64,000 bases of DNA from a virus. Positions within the stretch are counted from its first letter, which is position 1, and every line of letters begins with the position of its first letter. The notes under the pieces were generated by a model. The model had not been told where the DNA came from. It searched no databases and saw only the letters and a program-made list of their open reading frames with translations. Positions 40,516 to 50,632 of this stretch are shown in pieces. Location: the IMG/VR virus record IMGVR_UViG_3300032070_000613, positions 77,096-141,095 of that record; one strand, written 5' to 3'. The translations under genes and the position numbers were made by a program.

Positions 40516-41229
40516 ATGTCCGCTGAAAAGATACCGTGTCCCTACTGCAAAGGGGCGTTATTTATAAATACGGGATATACAGAGAAAATCCAAAATGGAC
40601 GACTCACTCTTTATCCATTTGCCCAACCCTGCTACTGTGAGCTGAATCATTCTATAGGTAAAAAATTCGGGATGCTCTATGCACTCCCAGACGCTACTCC
40701 TGAGGACTCCGAGGCAGTCCACAAAAAATATAATGAGAAAGGTAAAAATAAAGGCAATTTTATTTTTTACGGTGATGAGCCTGCTTTTCGATATACTGTC
40801 AAGAGCTATTTCTTGAAAGGGTTCACGCATAGCAGCTATGAACTGCTCGAGGGCGTGAATATCGTAGATAAATATAATCGCCCCGACTCCGACACCGGCG
40901 CACGTTTATCCATAGGGCTACTAGATCAGTATGATCTGGTCGTCATACTTTTCACGTCGAGGTCAGAGCCCCCTACCCTGAAAGCCTGCGTAGCGGATGT
41001 CGTGAAAAACAGGCTGAGGATAGAGCGTCCCACGTGGATATATGCTCCGGATAAAACTTTAGATACTACAAAGGAGTACAGCAAAGATCTGGCACCTTTT
41101 CTGGAAACGTTTTTGTATGTGGAGATAGGATCGACGACCTATGCTGGTTTTTCCAACGGTGACTCTGAAAAAGTAAAGAACCAGAAAGCCCGTGAATTAC
41201 AGGACGCTCTGGGGAGTTTAAAACGATGA
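40516..41229 (+). CDS. Zn-finger protein, possible degenerate helicase loader (DnaC/IstB-like)
   Basis: CPYC...CYC N-terminus; DLVVI...VKNRLRIERPTWI resembles the loader C-terminal region without a Walker A; directly before the helicase. Confidence 0.45.
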   Translation: MSAEKIPCPYCKGALFINTGYTEKIQNGRLTLYPFAQPCYCELNHSIGKKFGMLYALPDATPEDSEAVHKKYNEKGKNKGNFIFYGDEPAFRYTVKSYFLKGFTHSSYELLEGVNIVDKYNRPDSDTGARLSIGLLDQYDLVVILFTSRSEPPTLKACVADVVKNRLRIERPTWIYAPDKTLDTTKEYSKDLAPFLETFLYVEIGSTTYAGFSNGDSEKVKNQKARELQDALGSLKR

Positions 41230-42773
41230 CAGAACTAGATACCATTTTCAGATCTATAGTAAATTTCCGTAACGCTAAAAATGAAGAGACGGTCTCTCAA
41301 AAAGATCTGCTCAAGAATTTCAGGGCACTCCAGCAGATAGTGCCGGAGCCCCCGGAGGAGAACGTCTATAAAATCCTGTATTATTTCATATGGGACTATG
41401 TAAAATCCAGTGACACTGAAGAGACCGAGCTGCCCTCATATGAATTTATCAGGAATCATTTTCAGGTCAAAGAAGGGAACGAAGCTGTCGTAGGAGTGCT
41501 GGATAGGATCAAAAGCCAGCAGCCCTATGTAGGTCAGGACTATAGAAAAATATTACGGTCATATAATAAAGATCAGAATGCCCTGAAATTAGAAAGAGTG
41601 CTGAGTAACTCAGGGAAAATAGCTTCGACAGGGATGGAAATAGGGCACGGCAAAAACAAAGTCAGATTAGAAGGGGTCCTGGATGCGATAAGCTATTTCG
41701 CCCGAGAGACGAAGGACCTCCAAAGGAGTATCACTCATATAAAGACTGAGTCTCAGATAGTCAGTGATGAGGACTCCAATGAGGTCATAGCTGAATATAA
41801 AAAAGCGGAGGCGGATCCCACTGAAGGTATCGGTATCAATACGTGGCTCAGAGAAATAGATGATGATACCAACGGTTTAAAAAATAACGAACTCATGATG
41901 GTCATGGCATATACGGGTCACTGTAAAACCACTTTTTCGATGAATATGGCCTATAGGGCTCTCTATGGTGGCTGGAATACCGCCTATGTGACATTAGAGA
42001 TGTCGTTTGATGAAATACGCAGGCATATGTTTACTCTGCACTCCTGTAACCCCCGGTTTAAAGAAAAATATCCAATATATAAAGACCTAGTAGGTAATAT
42101 CTCCTATAATGATGTGCTATACGGCCATCTGCATGATGATGAAAGAAAATATTGGTATGAGATATGCAAAGATTTTAATAAAGCCTATAGTGAAGAAGCT
42201 GATAAATACGGCAGGCTTTTTGTCTGGAGGCCTGAAAAAACGATCACTACCGTATCTGATATAGAGTTTAAACTCAGGACCTATCAGCAAGAGTTGCAGA
42301 TGATGGGTCGGAATCTGGAGTTTGTGATCATCGATTATATCAGCCTGATGGGAGCTGATAAAGAGGAGCGTACGAGGGACCCGAATGAAACTACAAATAA
42401 TATCATAAAGTCCCTCAAGCAGCTGTGCCTCACGTTTAATAATGGTAAAGGTATCCGTATTCTGTCTCCCCACCAGGCGAATCGTGAGAGCTACAAAGAG
42501 GCCAGGAAAAATGAGGGACTATATAATCTGACCGGTATGTCCAATGCTCATGAGGCTGAGCGCTCCTGCGATATAGTCATATCCATTTACAAATTTGATG
42601 AGGATGGAGATAATAATCGTTTGAAATTCTGCTGTCTGAAAAACCGCAGGAACAAACATTTCAGGCCCTTTGATGCGTGCATAGATTTTGAGTCCGGGTT
42701 CATTTACAACTATGCTCATGCTATAGAGCAGTCGGACAGCCTGGTAGATGTCAGCGCGGTGGTGAAAGCATGA
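41226..42773 (+). CDS. DnaB-like replicative helicase
   Basis: GLKNNELMMVMAYTGHCKTT (Walker A), VTLEMS, IIDY, HQANR, AERSCD, LKNR. Confidence 0.85.
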   Translation: MTELDTIFRSIVNFRNAKNEETVSQKDLLKNFRALQQIVPEPPEENVYKILYYFIWDYVKSSDTEETELPSYEFIRNHFQVKEGNEAVVGVLDRIKSQQPYVGQDYRKILRSYNKDQNALKLERVLSNSGKIASTGMEIGHGKNKVRLEGVLDAISYFARETKDLQRSITHIKTESQIVSDEDSNEVIAEYKKAEADPTEGIGINTWLREIDDDTNGLKNNELMMVMAYTGHCKTTFSMNMAYRALYGGWNTAYVTLEMSFDEIRRHMFTLHSCNPRFKEKYPIYKDLVGNISYNDVLYGHLHDDERKYWYEICKDFNKAYSEEADKYGRLFVWRPEKTITTVSDIEFKLRTYQQELQMMGRNLEFVIIDYISLMGADKEERTRDPNETTNNIIKSLKQLCLTFNNGKGIRILSPHQANRESYKEARKNEGLYNLTGMSNAHEAERSCDIVISIYKFDEDGDNNRLKFCCLKNRRNKHFRPFDACIDFESGFIYNYAHAIEQSDSLVDVSAVVKA

Positions 42774-43315
42774 AAGACTTATCGAGTCTCATAGAGCATA
42801 TAAAAAATAACGTGTCCCTGCGGGACATGCTGGTCGCTAAAAATCGTATACGAGGCGGTCTCTCGGAGGAGCAGTTTTCGTGTCCGTTCCATGGAGCGGA
42901 TAGAAAGAAAAGCGCCAGATATTACAAGCATACTGATACGGCGTATTGCTGGGTGTGCAAAGAGAAATGGGACGTCATATCCTACACCCAAAAAGATGAG
43001 GAGATGTCTTTTGCTCAGGCTATAAATTATCTGATCAGAGAGTATAGGATAGATATCTCGAAGCTACCTGACGCCCCGGAGGCTGAGGCAGAGAGGATAA
43101 AAGCTAAAGATGTAATAAAGATAGATGCCAGGAAATTGAGTGTGGAAAAATTGTCTCAGGCTATACAGGCGGTGCGGGATGAGGTCCCCGCAGTCACCTA
43201 TGATAAATTTGTTTATACGTATATGATGCTCAAATATATAGTGCCTGATGAGAAATTTACGGAGACGTTCGGGAAATTTAAAGAGGCGATGCTGCGGATT
43301 TTTAATAAAAAATAA
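42770..43315 (+). CDS. Stand-alone CHC2 zinc-finger (DnaG primase N-terminal-like) protein
   Basis: CPFH...YCWVC...DVISY...MSFAQAINYL; no TOPRIM domain. Confidence 0.8.
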   Translation: MKDLSSLIEHIKNNVSLRDMLVAKNRIRGGLSEEQFSCPFHGADRKKSARYYKHTDTAYCWVCKEKWDVISYTQKDEEMSFAQAINYLIREYRIDISKLPDAPEAEAERIKAKDVIKIDARKLSVEKLSQAIQAVRDEVPAVTYDKFVYTYMMLKYIVPDEKFTETFGKFKEAMLRIFNKK

Positions 43316-43330
43316 CATGGGGATCAAATT

Positions 43331-45958
43331 ATGTCTGGAATAGCGATAGCCACTGGATTACTGAGCGATTTTACTGAAATAAAAGTAAAAGAGCTTTTGG
43401 AAAAAAGAAAATGGATGGAGGGTAAGAAATTTATTCTCCTCACTAAAATAGCGGATATAGAGCAGTATATAGATCACTGTATTGAAAAAGGGCTGTGTGT
43501 ACTGGACCTCGAGACTACCGGCCTCAATACTCGTATCAATAAAGATGGGGAGTCCTGTTCTAAAATAGTGGGTATGTGTCTGGCGACGAATGCAGACGAG
43601 GGAGTATATATCCCTGTAGCTCATGAGGACAAAGAATTCAATGTACCCCTGAAGTTGGTCCTCAGAGAGATCGCCCGTCTCTGTGCCAACTGCCGGTGTA
43701 TCTTTCATAATTTTAAATTTGATGGTCAGATGCTCAGGAATTACGGGATAGTTATAGAGGATGATGATAAATATGAGGATACGTATCTGATGGCTGCTAT
43801 CTGGGATGCCTCATTGAAACCTCAAGAGAGAGGTTTAAAATTCCTGGTAGAAAAATTTATAGGTCGTGAGATGATAGAGATAAACGAGCTGGGTATCGAG
43901 GGGAGTAAAAAAAATACTGTAGCATTCGATATGGTACCACCTCAGAAAGCCGTATACTACGGGGCTAGTGATGGTATGTGTACGTTCGCTCTTTATGAAT
44001 TTTTAAAAGCTAAAATAGATGAGCAGGATCCCACCGGTAAAAAGGGCCCCTGGGCTATTTATGGGATAGAGAAGCGCTGCATGTTTGTTACGATGGAGAT
44101 GGAGCGTAGTCTGGCTAAAATTGATCGTGTTTATTTTGAGAAATGCAAAGAAGATGTGATCGATCGCATGAATAAACTCGTGACTGGTATCTATAATATA
44201 GCTGGTAGGGAGTTCGATGTAAATAGCCCCAAGCAGCTGGGTACACTGCTGTTTGAAGAGTTGAAAATACCGTATCCTATTAAAGAGATGACAAAAACCG
44301 GTCTCTATATCACCAGTGAGAAGATTCTAGAATTGCTGGAGGGAAAATATCCGATCATCGATATGATATTGACCTATCGTGGATATGGAAAAGTAATGGG
44401 TACCTATATTGAAAATTTTCTTAAAAATGCGGATGAGAATGAAGAGGTGAAATTCAGTCTGAATCAAATAGGGGCTGACACAGGGCGCTATAGTGCGTCG
44501 GGAGGTCAGGGACTCAATGAGGACGGCTATAGTGGAGTAAACTGTGAAAATATCCCGAACTATGATCCTGATAATCCTAACTCTGTAAATTTAAGAAGAG
44601 GTGTGATAGCGCGTCCCGGCTATAAAATGGTCTCCATTGACTACAGTGGAGAAGAGCTGAGGATCGCGGCGAACTATTCCAGAGAGCCAAAATGGATAGA
44701 TGAATTTTTAAACGGCACTGGAGATTTACATACAAAAACAGCTCAGGCTGTGACGGGTAAACAAAAAGTATCTAAAATGGAGCGTAGGAATTCGAAGACC
44801 TTAAACTTCCACATTCTGTACGGGGGCGGGGCTGGAGGATTCGCGGCGAGGGCGAAACTCCCCTATCATGTAGCTAAAAAAATGCTGATAGATTTCTTTA
44901 GAGAATATTCCTCTTTGAAAAGATGGATAGATAAAGAAGCCAAAGCAGCCAAACTGCGGGGATACAGCCTGACAGCACTAGGCAGGAGACGTCCTCTGGG
45001 AGAATTCTATAATAATCCTGATCCTAAAATAGCTGCTAAAGGAGACCGCTGCGCAATTAACAGCGCTGTCCAAGGTGCAGCGGCGGATCTCATAAAAATT
45101 GCTCTTTATAGAGTTTGGAAATGGATACGAGATAGTGGCCTACAAAATGATATACGTATACTCGCTCCGATCCATGATGAGATATTGTTCGAGGTAAAAG
45201 AGGATAAGCTCGATGCTCTGATACCTGAGATGTGTAATATAATGCGTCTACCGGATATCACGAAAGCATTAAAATGGCCCGTGCCTTTAGATGTGGATGC
45301 GGAGTATGGGGACAGTTTCTATGTCGATCATAATTTCTGGGAAGAACAGAAAGAAAAACAAAAAATGACGCCAGCGGAAACTCCTAAACCAGATAGCACG
45401 GAGACTCCGGTGGATAGGCCCCCAGTAGCTCCACCTGTAGAAACTATACCACAGCCTGAACCGGATCCCGTGGAGGAAATAAAACCTGCAATCATTAAGG
45501 AGGCCCAAGAGAAAAAAAATGATAATGTTTCTGTAATCTCTGTGGTAATGCCTGATAAAATGCCGAGTACGGTCACAGCCAGTGACATGATGCCGTATTT
45601 TTATAATGTCACGGTAAAGAAGTCTGTGACTGAGGGGGTCGATAAAAAGAAGGATATACAGGATATTTTGAATCAGACAGGGGTATCAAAAGACTCCAAG
45701 CCTGCTTTTCAAGACGCCCATATAAAAGATAGGATCGATGAAAGAGGGTATTTTAACTATCCTCTCGAGATCGACTCCATATCGGCACGGAAACTGAAAT
45801 TTATTTTTGACACGCTCGTATCGGCTGGAGACAACGTCTTTATAGGTCCGAAGTATAAAGTTTGTCTCTTAAGCAAGGAAGGAGAGGTCTATTTCAGGTC
45901 GTCCGAGATCGTGGCCATAGACGCTTTTGTAGCGCTGTGTCTCGCGTTTAACATATAA
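43331..45958 (+). CDS. polA: Family A DNA polymerase with 3'-5' exonuclease and C-terminal extension
   Basis: LDLETTG, HNFKFD (exonuclease); TGRYS, IDYSGEELR (A), KTLNFHILYG (B), NSAVQGAAAD, IHDEI (C). Confidence 0.93.
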   Translation: MSGIAIATGLLSDFTEIKVKELLEKRKWMEGKKFILLTKIADIEQYIDHCIEKGLCVLDLETTGLNTRINKDGESCSKIVGMCLATNADEGVYIPVAHEDKEFNVPLKLVLREIARLCANCRCIFHNFKFDGQMLRNYGIVIEDDDKYEDTYLMAAIWDASLKPQERGLKFLVEKFIGREMIEINELGIEGSKKNTVAFDMVPPQKAVYYGASDGMCTFALYEFLKAKIDEQDPTGKKGPWAIYGIEKRCMFVTMEMERSLAKIDRVYFEKCKEDVIDRMNKLVTGIYNIAGREFDVNSPKQLGTLLFEELKIPYPIKEMTKTGLYITSEKILELLEGKYPIIDMILTYRGYGKVMGTYIENFLKNADENEEVKFSLNQIGADTGRYSASGGQGLNEDGYSGVNCENIPNYDPDNPNSVNLRRGVIARPGYKMVSIDYSGEELRIAANYSREPKWIDEFLNGTGDLHTKTAQAVTGKQKVSKMERRNSKTLNFHILYGGGAGGFAARAKLPYHVAKKMLIDFFREYSSLKRWIDKEAKAAKLRGYSLTALGRRRPLGEFYNNPDPKIAAKGDRCAINSAVQGAAADLIKIALYRVWKWIRDSGLQNDIRILAPIHDEILFEVKEDKLDALIPEMCNIMRLPDITKALKWPVPLDVDAEYGDSFYVDHNFWEEQKEKQKMTPAETPKPDSTETPVDRPPVAPPVETIPQPEPDPVEEIKPAIIKEAQEKKNDNVSVISVVMPDKMPSTVTASDMMPYFYNVTVKKSVTEGVDKKKDIQDILNQTGVSKDSKPAFQDAHIKDRIDERGYFNYPLEIDSISARKLKFIFDTLVSAGDNVFIGPKYKVCLLSKEGEVYFRSSEIVAIDAFVALCLAFNI

Positions 45959-45988
45959 ATACAAATTCATACCCGGGGAGACTAGTGT

Positions 45989-46684
45989 ATGATAATCGTT
46001 AAAACTGTTAAAGAGTTCGTGAAACAAAATGAGAAACATCTCATATGGTTTTTGCAATATAAAACGGGTATCAACGATAGAGAAATGATCGATGATACTC
46101 TGCAGGAATTTTATATGCGTCTGTACCAGACAAAAGCTCTGGAGTCCTATGATGAAAAACGAGGTACTTTTGATACCTATATCGGCAATCTTTTCTGCTG
46201 GATGCTACCTTTCTTATCCAGGAAAAATTTCAAATACAGGCACACTCTGATGCCTAAACGGTATCGGGATAAATATCTGGATAAAAATGAGAAAGGCATT
46301 AGTAATAATCATATGTATGATTATAGGATGATGTCCTATGTGAATAAGGATAACAGCAAAATGTGGGTGGATGGGGATGATGTTTTTAACTACGTCCACG
46401 AGAATAGTGCCACATTTAAAATCAGCAAAGCATACGAAACATCTTATTTTGATACAGATGAAGATCCAGCCCTATCCGGATATCTGGAGAGTTTTAAAAC
46501 ATATATCCGTGAGACAGAGTCCCCCAGGAGTGCGGAGAAAATGATACTGTTTTTGGAGCAGAGGGTGGCGGGATGCAAAGGCGTCGAGATAGCAGGTATG
46601 ATGAAAGTATCAAATAACATGGTAAAAATCATCAAACATACTCTAAAAAGGAAATATGATACATGGCAGACGATAGACGCATAG
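45989..46684 (+). CDS. Putative phage RNA polymerase sigma factor (ECF-like)
   Basis: DDTLQEFYMRL...YDEKRGTFDTYI (region 2-like); EIAGMMKVSNNMV (region 4 HTH). Confidence 0.65.
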   Translation: MIIVKTVKEFVKQNEKHLIWFLQYKTGINDREMIDDTLQEFYMRLYQTKALESYDEKRGTFDTYIGNLFCWMLPFLSRKNFKYRHTLMPKRYRDKYLDKNEKGISNNHMYDYRMMSYVNKDNSKMWVDGDDVFNYVHENSATFKISKAYETSYFDTDEDPALSGYLESFKTYIRETESPRSAEKMILFLEQRVAGCKGVEIAGMMKVSNNMVKIIKHTLKRKYDTWQTIDA

Positions 46685-46857
46685 ATAAAAATCTGACACG
46701 AGAGGCTATCGTAGCTGAGATAGCCGTACTCCAGGATATCATTAAAAAATATCAGGCTGGAGAGCCTGTGATTGGAGTATACTCATATCCAGCTGCTCTC
46801 CAACGTTTGATGTATTTACGCCATAAACTGACACAGATCAAAAAGAAAATAAAATGA
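46663..46857 (+). CDS. Small hypothetical protein
   Basis: 64 aa ORF overlapping both neighbours in operon fashion. Confidence 0.5.
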   Translation: MADDRRIDKNLTREAIVAEIAVLQDIIKKYQAGEPVIGVYSYPAALQRLMYLRHKLTQIKKKIK

Positions 46858-47369
46858 CATACTATACCGGGGTCGGCTCTCGTCAAACGCCTACAGATAT
46901 CTCAACCCTAATGACCGACATCGCTAAATTTCTTAGCGAGACTGGTTATGTTTTGAGATCGGGTGGAGCGAAGGGGGCCGATTCTTTTTTTGAAGCGGGC
47001 GTATCAGACCCGACAAAGAAAGAGATTTATCTCCCGTGGAAAGATTTTAATGGCAATAAATCCCCTCTGTTCAGAGTCACGGATGAAGCCCTCAAACTGG
47101 CTAGCAAATACCATCCTGCATGGAATAAATTATCCTACGGAGCTCGCAAGCTCATGGGCCGTAATGGCTATCAGGTCCTGGGATCTAATTTGAAAACTCC
47201 GAGTAATTTTTTGATAGTCTGGACAGAGGATGGAAAAGAAATAGGCGGGACCGCTCAGGCTATGAGAATAGCTAAAGACTATAAAATACCTGTGTATAAT
47301 TTATTTTTTGAAGAATGCAGAAATTTAATGAATTATTGGATAGCCAATAAAAAAGTAAAAATAGTATGA
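46854..47369 (+). CDS. SLOG-superfamily (DprA/YspA-like) nucleotide-binding protein
   Basis: YTGVGSRQTP, LRSGGAKGAD, GRN, GGTAQAMRIA. Confidence 0.8.
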   Translation: MTYYTGVGSRQTPTDISTLMTDIAKFLSETGYVLRSGGAKGADSFFEAGVSDPTKKEIYLPWKDFNGNKSPLFRVTDEALKLASKYHPAWNKLSYGARKLMGRNGYQVLGSNLKTPSNFLIVWTEDGKEIGGTAQAMRIAKDYKIPVYNLFFEECRNLMNYWIANKKVKIV

Positions 47370-48532
47370 CCGATGAAATAGACATCAGTGACATCCTGGA
47401 AGATGAGGTGGAGGAGAGTCCCGCTCAATCCCAAGTGACTCCGGCTATCCCCGACTCTCCAGACAGCCCCGCCCGGAAAGAAATAGCGCAGCTGAGAGAT
47501 CGTCTGAGAGTATCTCACGAGCACTGCCGTGATCTTTTCGTGGATATGAGGACTGTGGACTACATAGCTACTCCCGATGACTCCTATATCGAATTTCTGG
47601 ATAAAAATTATTACGACAAAAGGCTGTATTTTAAAGTGGACCCTCAGAGACCGAATGATCCTAAAATCATAATAGCCCAGCAGCAATTTTGCAAGCTGCT
47701 AGGTATCCCCTATAAATTTTTTGCCGCTAACAGGCCCTCCCTGAAAATGAACATCGTGAAGACCTGGCAGGCAGGCCTGACCGCGGATGAGAGTAAAGCC
47801 CAGAGCGTCCTCAAAATTCGGGAGTCTAAAGATTGCTCTATCATCAGAGCATTCATACCAGTAACTAAATGCTGCGTACCTCTCTATGAACTCATAGACA
47901 TAATCCTGAATGGCGTGACTATCCCTCTCACAATGGAGTTCGTGTACGGGGATGAAAGGGATGATTTGATATTACACGCCCGTTTTCTTTTTAACAAAGA
48001 ATATACGGTACTGGGATCTAAGGTGTGCGTGGGATTTTCTTTGATAGCGTCTGAGCTGGATGCCTCCCCATTCATAATAGAAATCTTTTTACATGATAAA
48101 GAGTTTGCAACTTCGTATATTAGTACATATGGCGGGGACCCCTTTTTCAAGTCTAAATATGACGGTATCAAAGCGGATCAAATTAAAGATCTGATCCCTA
48201 AAATGTTAAACAGAATCGATAGTGAAGCTCCCGAAATGATAGAAAGGGTAGAGAAGAAAGTATCCGATACTATGCAGAGCGGATTTTTTTGTGCGGAAAC
48301 TGAGTGCGTATCGCTACTGAAAGCTAAGGGTATCAACGGCAAAGTGAAAAAAGCGGTATATCATCAGATTACTGAGTGCCAGGATAAAATCAAAACTCCC
48401 TGGGATATTGCTCGTCACGTGGGTCTGGTGGCTAAAGATTTAGATTCGATAAAGAGGCTCGCTGTAGAGCGGGCTATAGGTCAATATTTGCGACTAACTT
48501 TTTCTAACCCTACAACGTCATATAAAAAATGA
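47366..48532 (+). CDS. Hypothetical protein (DUF932-like); last 8 residues supplied by the IscB element
   Basis: QQFCKLLGIPYKF motif; C-terminal NPTTSYKK is encoded inside the element's left end. Confidence 0.5.
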   Translation: MTDEIDISDILEDEVEESPAQSQVTPAIPDSPDSPARKEIAQLRDRLRVSHEHCRDLFVDMRTVDYIATPDDSYIEFLDKNYYDKRLYFKVDPQRPNDPKIIIAQQQFCKLLGIPYKFFAANRPSLKMNIVKTWQAGLTADESKAQSVLKIRESKDCSIIRAFIPVTKCCVPLYELIDIILNGVTIPLTMEFVYGDERDDLILHARFLFNKEYTVLGSKVCVGFSLIASELDASPFIIEIFLHDKEFATSYISTYGGDPFFKSKYDGIKADQIKDLIPKMLNRIDSEAPEMIERVEKKVSDTMQSGFFCAETECVSLLKAKGINGKVKKAVYHQITECQDKIKTPWDIARHVGLVAKDLDSIKRLAVERAIGQYLRLTFSNPTTSYKK

Positions 48533-48750
48533 CGATGTAGGAGTCTAGGGAGCTTATTCAGTAACATGAATATGCAGACGTTACAACCAAAGTTCAAGAA
48601 CGTACCTACGGATGCTTCACTAGTCTGTAGCTCTACAACTCTACCATTAAACAGGAACGAAAGCGCCAGTGTGGTAGAGAAAGTACTGAGTTGTAACAAT
48701 CCCGAAGTGAATCTTCACTGGAAACGGGTATCCGGACTTAAAGTCATTGT
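48504..48750 (+). ncRNA. omegaRNA scaffold (copy 2), boundaries approximate
   Basis: Near-identical to the 22948-23190 scaffold; directly upstream of PLMP. Confidence 0.8.
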
Positions 48751-49927
48751 ACCCGTACTCTCTTTAAAAAGGAGTCCTTTAATGCCTTGCGGTTTGATCA
48801 AAGCTCGTCACTTAATTAAAGGAGGTAAAGCAAAAGTAGTTAAACTGAACCCACTAGTCATTCAGCTTAAATTTGACTGTGAAAACCAGATCCAAGATGT
48901 TTCTTTAGGTATTGATTCAGGCTATAAAACTATTGGATTCTCGGCTGTTTCTGAAATAAGAGAAGTTAGCGCTGGTGAGCTGAATCTAGATAATGGAACA
49001 TCAAAAAAGTTAATAGAAAAGAAAATGTATCGAAGGCATAGAAGAAACAGGCTGAGATACAGAAAACCAAGATTTAATAACAGAAAAAAATCTTCTGGGT
49101 GGCTTCCTCCTTCTATTCAGAGAAAATTTGATACGCACCTCAATCTGATAAAAAAGATAAAAGCTATAGTACCGGTTAAGAAGCTAACCATAGAGATAGG
49201 GGAATTTGATATTCAAAAGATAATGAACCCTGAGATTTCAGGCAAAAAATATCAGCAAGGTAATTTATTTGGGTATAATAATATGAGGTCTTTTTTGATA
49301 GCTCGTGAGAAAGGGAAATGTCAGTTATGTGGAAAAAAGTTCAGTAGAGATGATCCCTCTCATATGCATCATATAAAACCAAGGATTATGGGAGGTACTG
49401 ATAGACCCGATGATTTAGCTTTGGTACATAAAAGCTGTCATGATAAGATTCACAAGGAAAAACTTTTTAACAAACTCAAAAAAGCCAAGGAGTATAAAGC
49501 TGAGACTTTTATGGCTATTGTAGGGGCTAAATTTAAAAAAGTTTTGGATTGTGATATTACATATGGGTATGAGACTAAGACTAAAAGAGATTTATTGGAG
49601 ATAGATAAAAGCCATATCAATGATGCATTTGTAATAGCTGGTGGATCTACGCAGAAAAGATGCAAGCCTTATAAAATAGAACAGAAAAGGATCAACAACC
49701 GGACTCTGCAGACTAATAGGAAAGGTTTTTCAAAATCTATTAGGAAACAGAGGCATAAAATACAAAACAGGGATTTCATTTGGATTGATAGTAAAAAATA
49801 TTTGAGCGGGGGCGTGGCTTGTAGAGGGACTCAGGTATATTATTTTGATGCGAATGAGAAGAGGCTTATATCTTCAAAAAAGATAGAAAAAGTTTATCAT
49901 ACAGGGAGTTTAGTGTGGCTAAATTAA
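48566..49927 (+). CDS. iscB: RNA-guided endonuclease IscB
   Basis: PLMP, LGIDSG, RRHRRNRLRYRKPRFNNR, WLPPS, IEIGEFD, CQLC..HH, SHINDA. Confidence 0.93.
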   Translation: MNMQTLQPKFKNVPTDASLVCSSTTLPLNRNESASVVEKVLSCNNPEVNLHWKRVSGLKVIVPVLSLKRSPLMPCGLIKARHLIKGGKAKVVKLNPLVIQLKFDCENQIQDVSLGIDSGYKTIGFSAVSEIREVSAGELNLDNGTSKKLIEKKMYRRHRRNRLRYRKPRFNNRKKSSGWLPPSIQRKFDTHLNLIKKIKAIVPVKKLTIEIGEFDIQKIMNPEISGKKYQQGNLFGYNNMRSFLIAREKGKCQLCGKKFSRDDPSHMHHIKPRIMGGTDRPDDLALVHKSCHDKIHKEKLFNKLKKAKEYKAETFMAIVGAKFKKVLDCDITYGYETKTKRDLLEIDKSHINDAFVIAGGSTQKRCKPYKIEQKRINNRTLQTNRKGFSKSIRKQRHKIQNRDFIWIDSKKYLSGGVACRGTQVYYFDANEKRLISSKKIEKVYHTGSLVWLN

Positions 49928-50001
49928 ATGACGTTGTAGAGCTAAAAAAAATTGAAGAAATTTTTGATGCTATTATCCTCAAACACATAATAAATGATAT
50001 T

Positions 50002-50424
50002 ATGAAGAGTAGAAAGGTGTCCCCTCAGGATGAAGTCACCTATCAGCTCGTAGAGAAGGAATATAAGGGTACGACGTATGTAATAAAAGCAGAGCACGTA
50101 CCGATAGAGCATCTGATCAAATATTCGTCATCGAACTGTAAGAAATGTAATAGTAAAGGGTACAGCATCATCTATGTGAGTAAATCCAAAATAGCTAACC
50201 CTCAGGATTTCGTAGTGCTGGCGGATAGATCCGTAGAAAAAATGTCAGATGAGGAGAAAAAGCTCTGGCTCGAAGTGGAAAAGAAAAAGCCTACGTGGAG
50301 GGTCATGCTCCCCTGTAAGTGTACCATAAAAAATATATCTAAAAAAGAGCACACGATCGTGGCCAATGATATGGGGAATATCGTGGCTAGACTATCGTAT
50401 GAAATAAAACAGGAGCAACTATGA
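50002..50424 (+). CDS. Hypothetical Zn-binding protein
   Basis: CKKC...CKC. ATG at 50002 preferred because the GTG at 49915 lies inside the IscB element. Confidence 0.55.
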   Translation: MKSRKVSPQDEVTYQLVEKEYKGTTYVIKAEHVPIEHLIKYSSSNCKKCNSKGYSIIYVSKSKIANPQDFVVLADRSVEKMSDEEKKLWLEVEKKKPTWRVMLPCKCTIKNISKKEHTIVANDMGNIVARLSYEIKQEQL

Positions 50425-50624
50425 AAATAGATTTTCTTTTGGCTCTCCTATCAGGAGCTCAAATGATTTTTACGGTAAGGATGCTCACAGTCTGCGAGCA
50501 GCGCCCATCAATATCTGTTGCTATAATGTTGTTTGTACCTCCTATAGTGTTAGTGCTGTGTTCAGTGAGTCTGCTCCGTAGAATACTTATTCTTTTTAAC
50601 AAAAAATATTTACATATTAACTAA
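50421..50624 (+). CDS. Small membrane protein
   Basis: AGGAG RBS; two hydrophobic segments. Confidence 0.55.
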   Translation: MKIDFLLALLSGAQMIFTVRMLTVCEQRPSISVAIMLFVPPIVLVLCSVSLLRRILILFNKKYLHIN

Positions 50625-50632
50625 GGATCCCT

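Larger units (their letters stand above)
48504..49945 (+). mobile_element. IscB/omegaRNA element, copy 2
   Basis: Homologous to copy 1; inverted ends 48504-48525 / 49924-49945; CTAA at both junctions. Confidence 0.8.

Noticed and set aside
49915-50001. N-terminal extension of the ORF ending at 50424
   Set aside because: The GTG start lies inside the IscB right end; ATG 50002 is more plausible.
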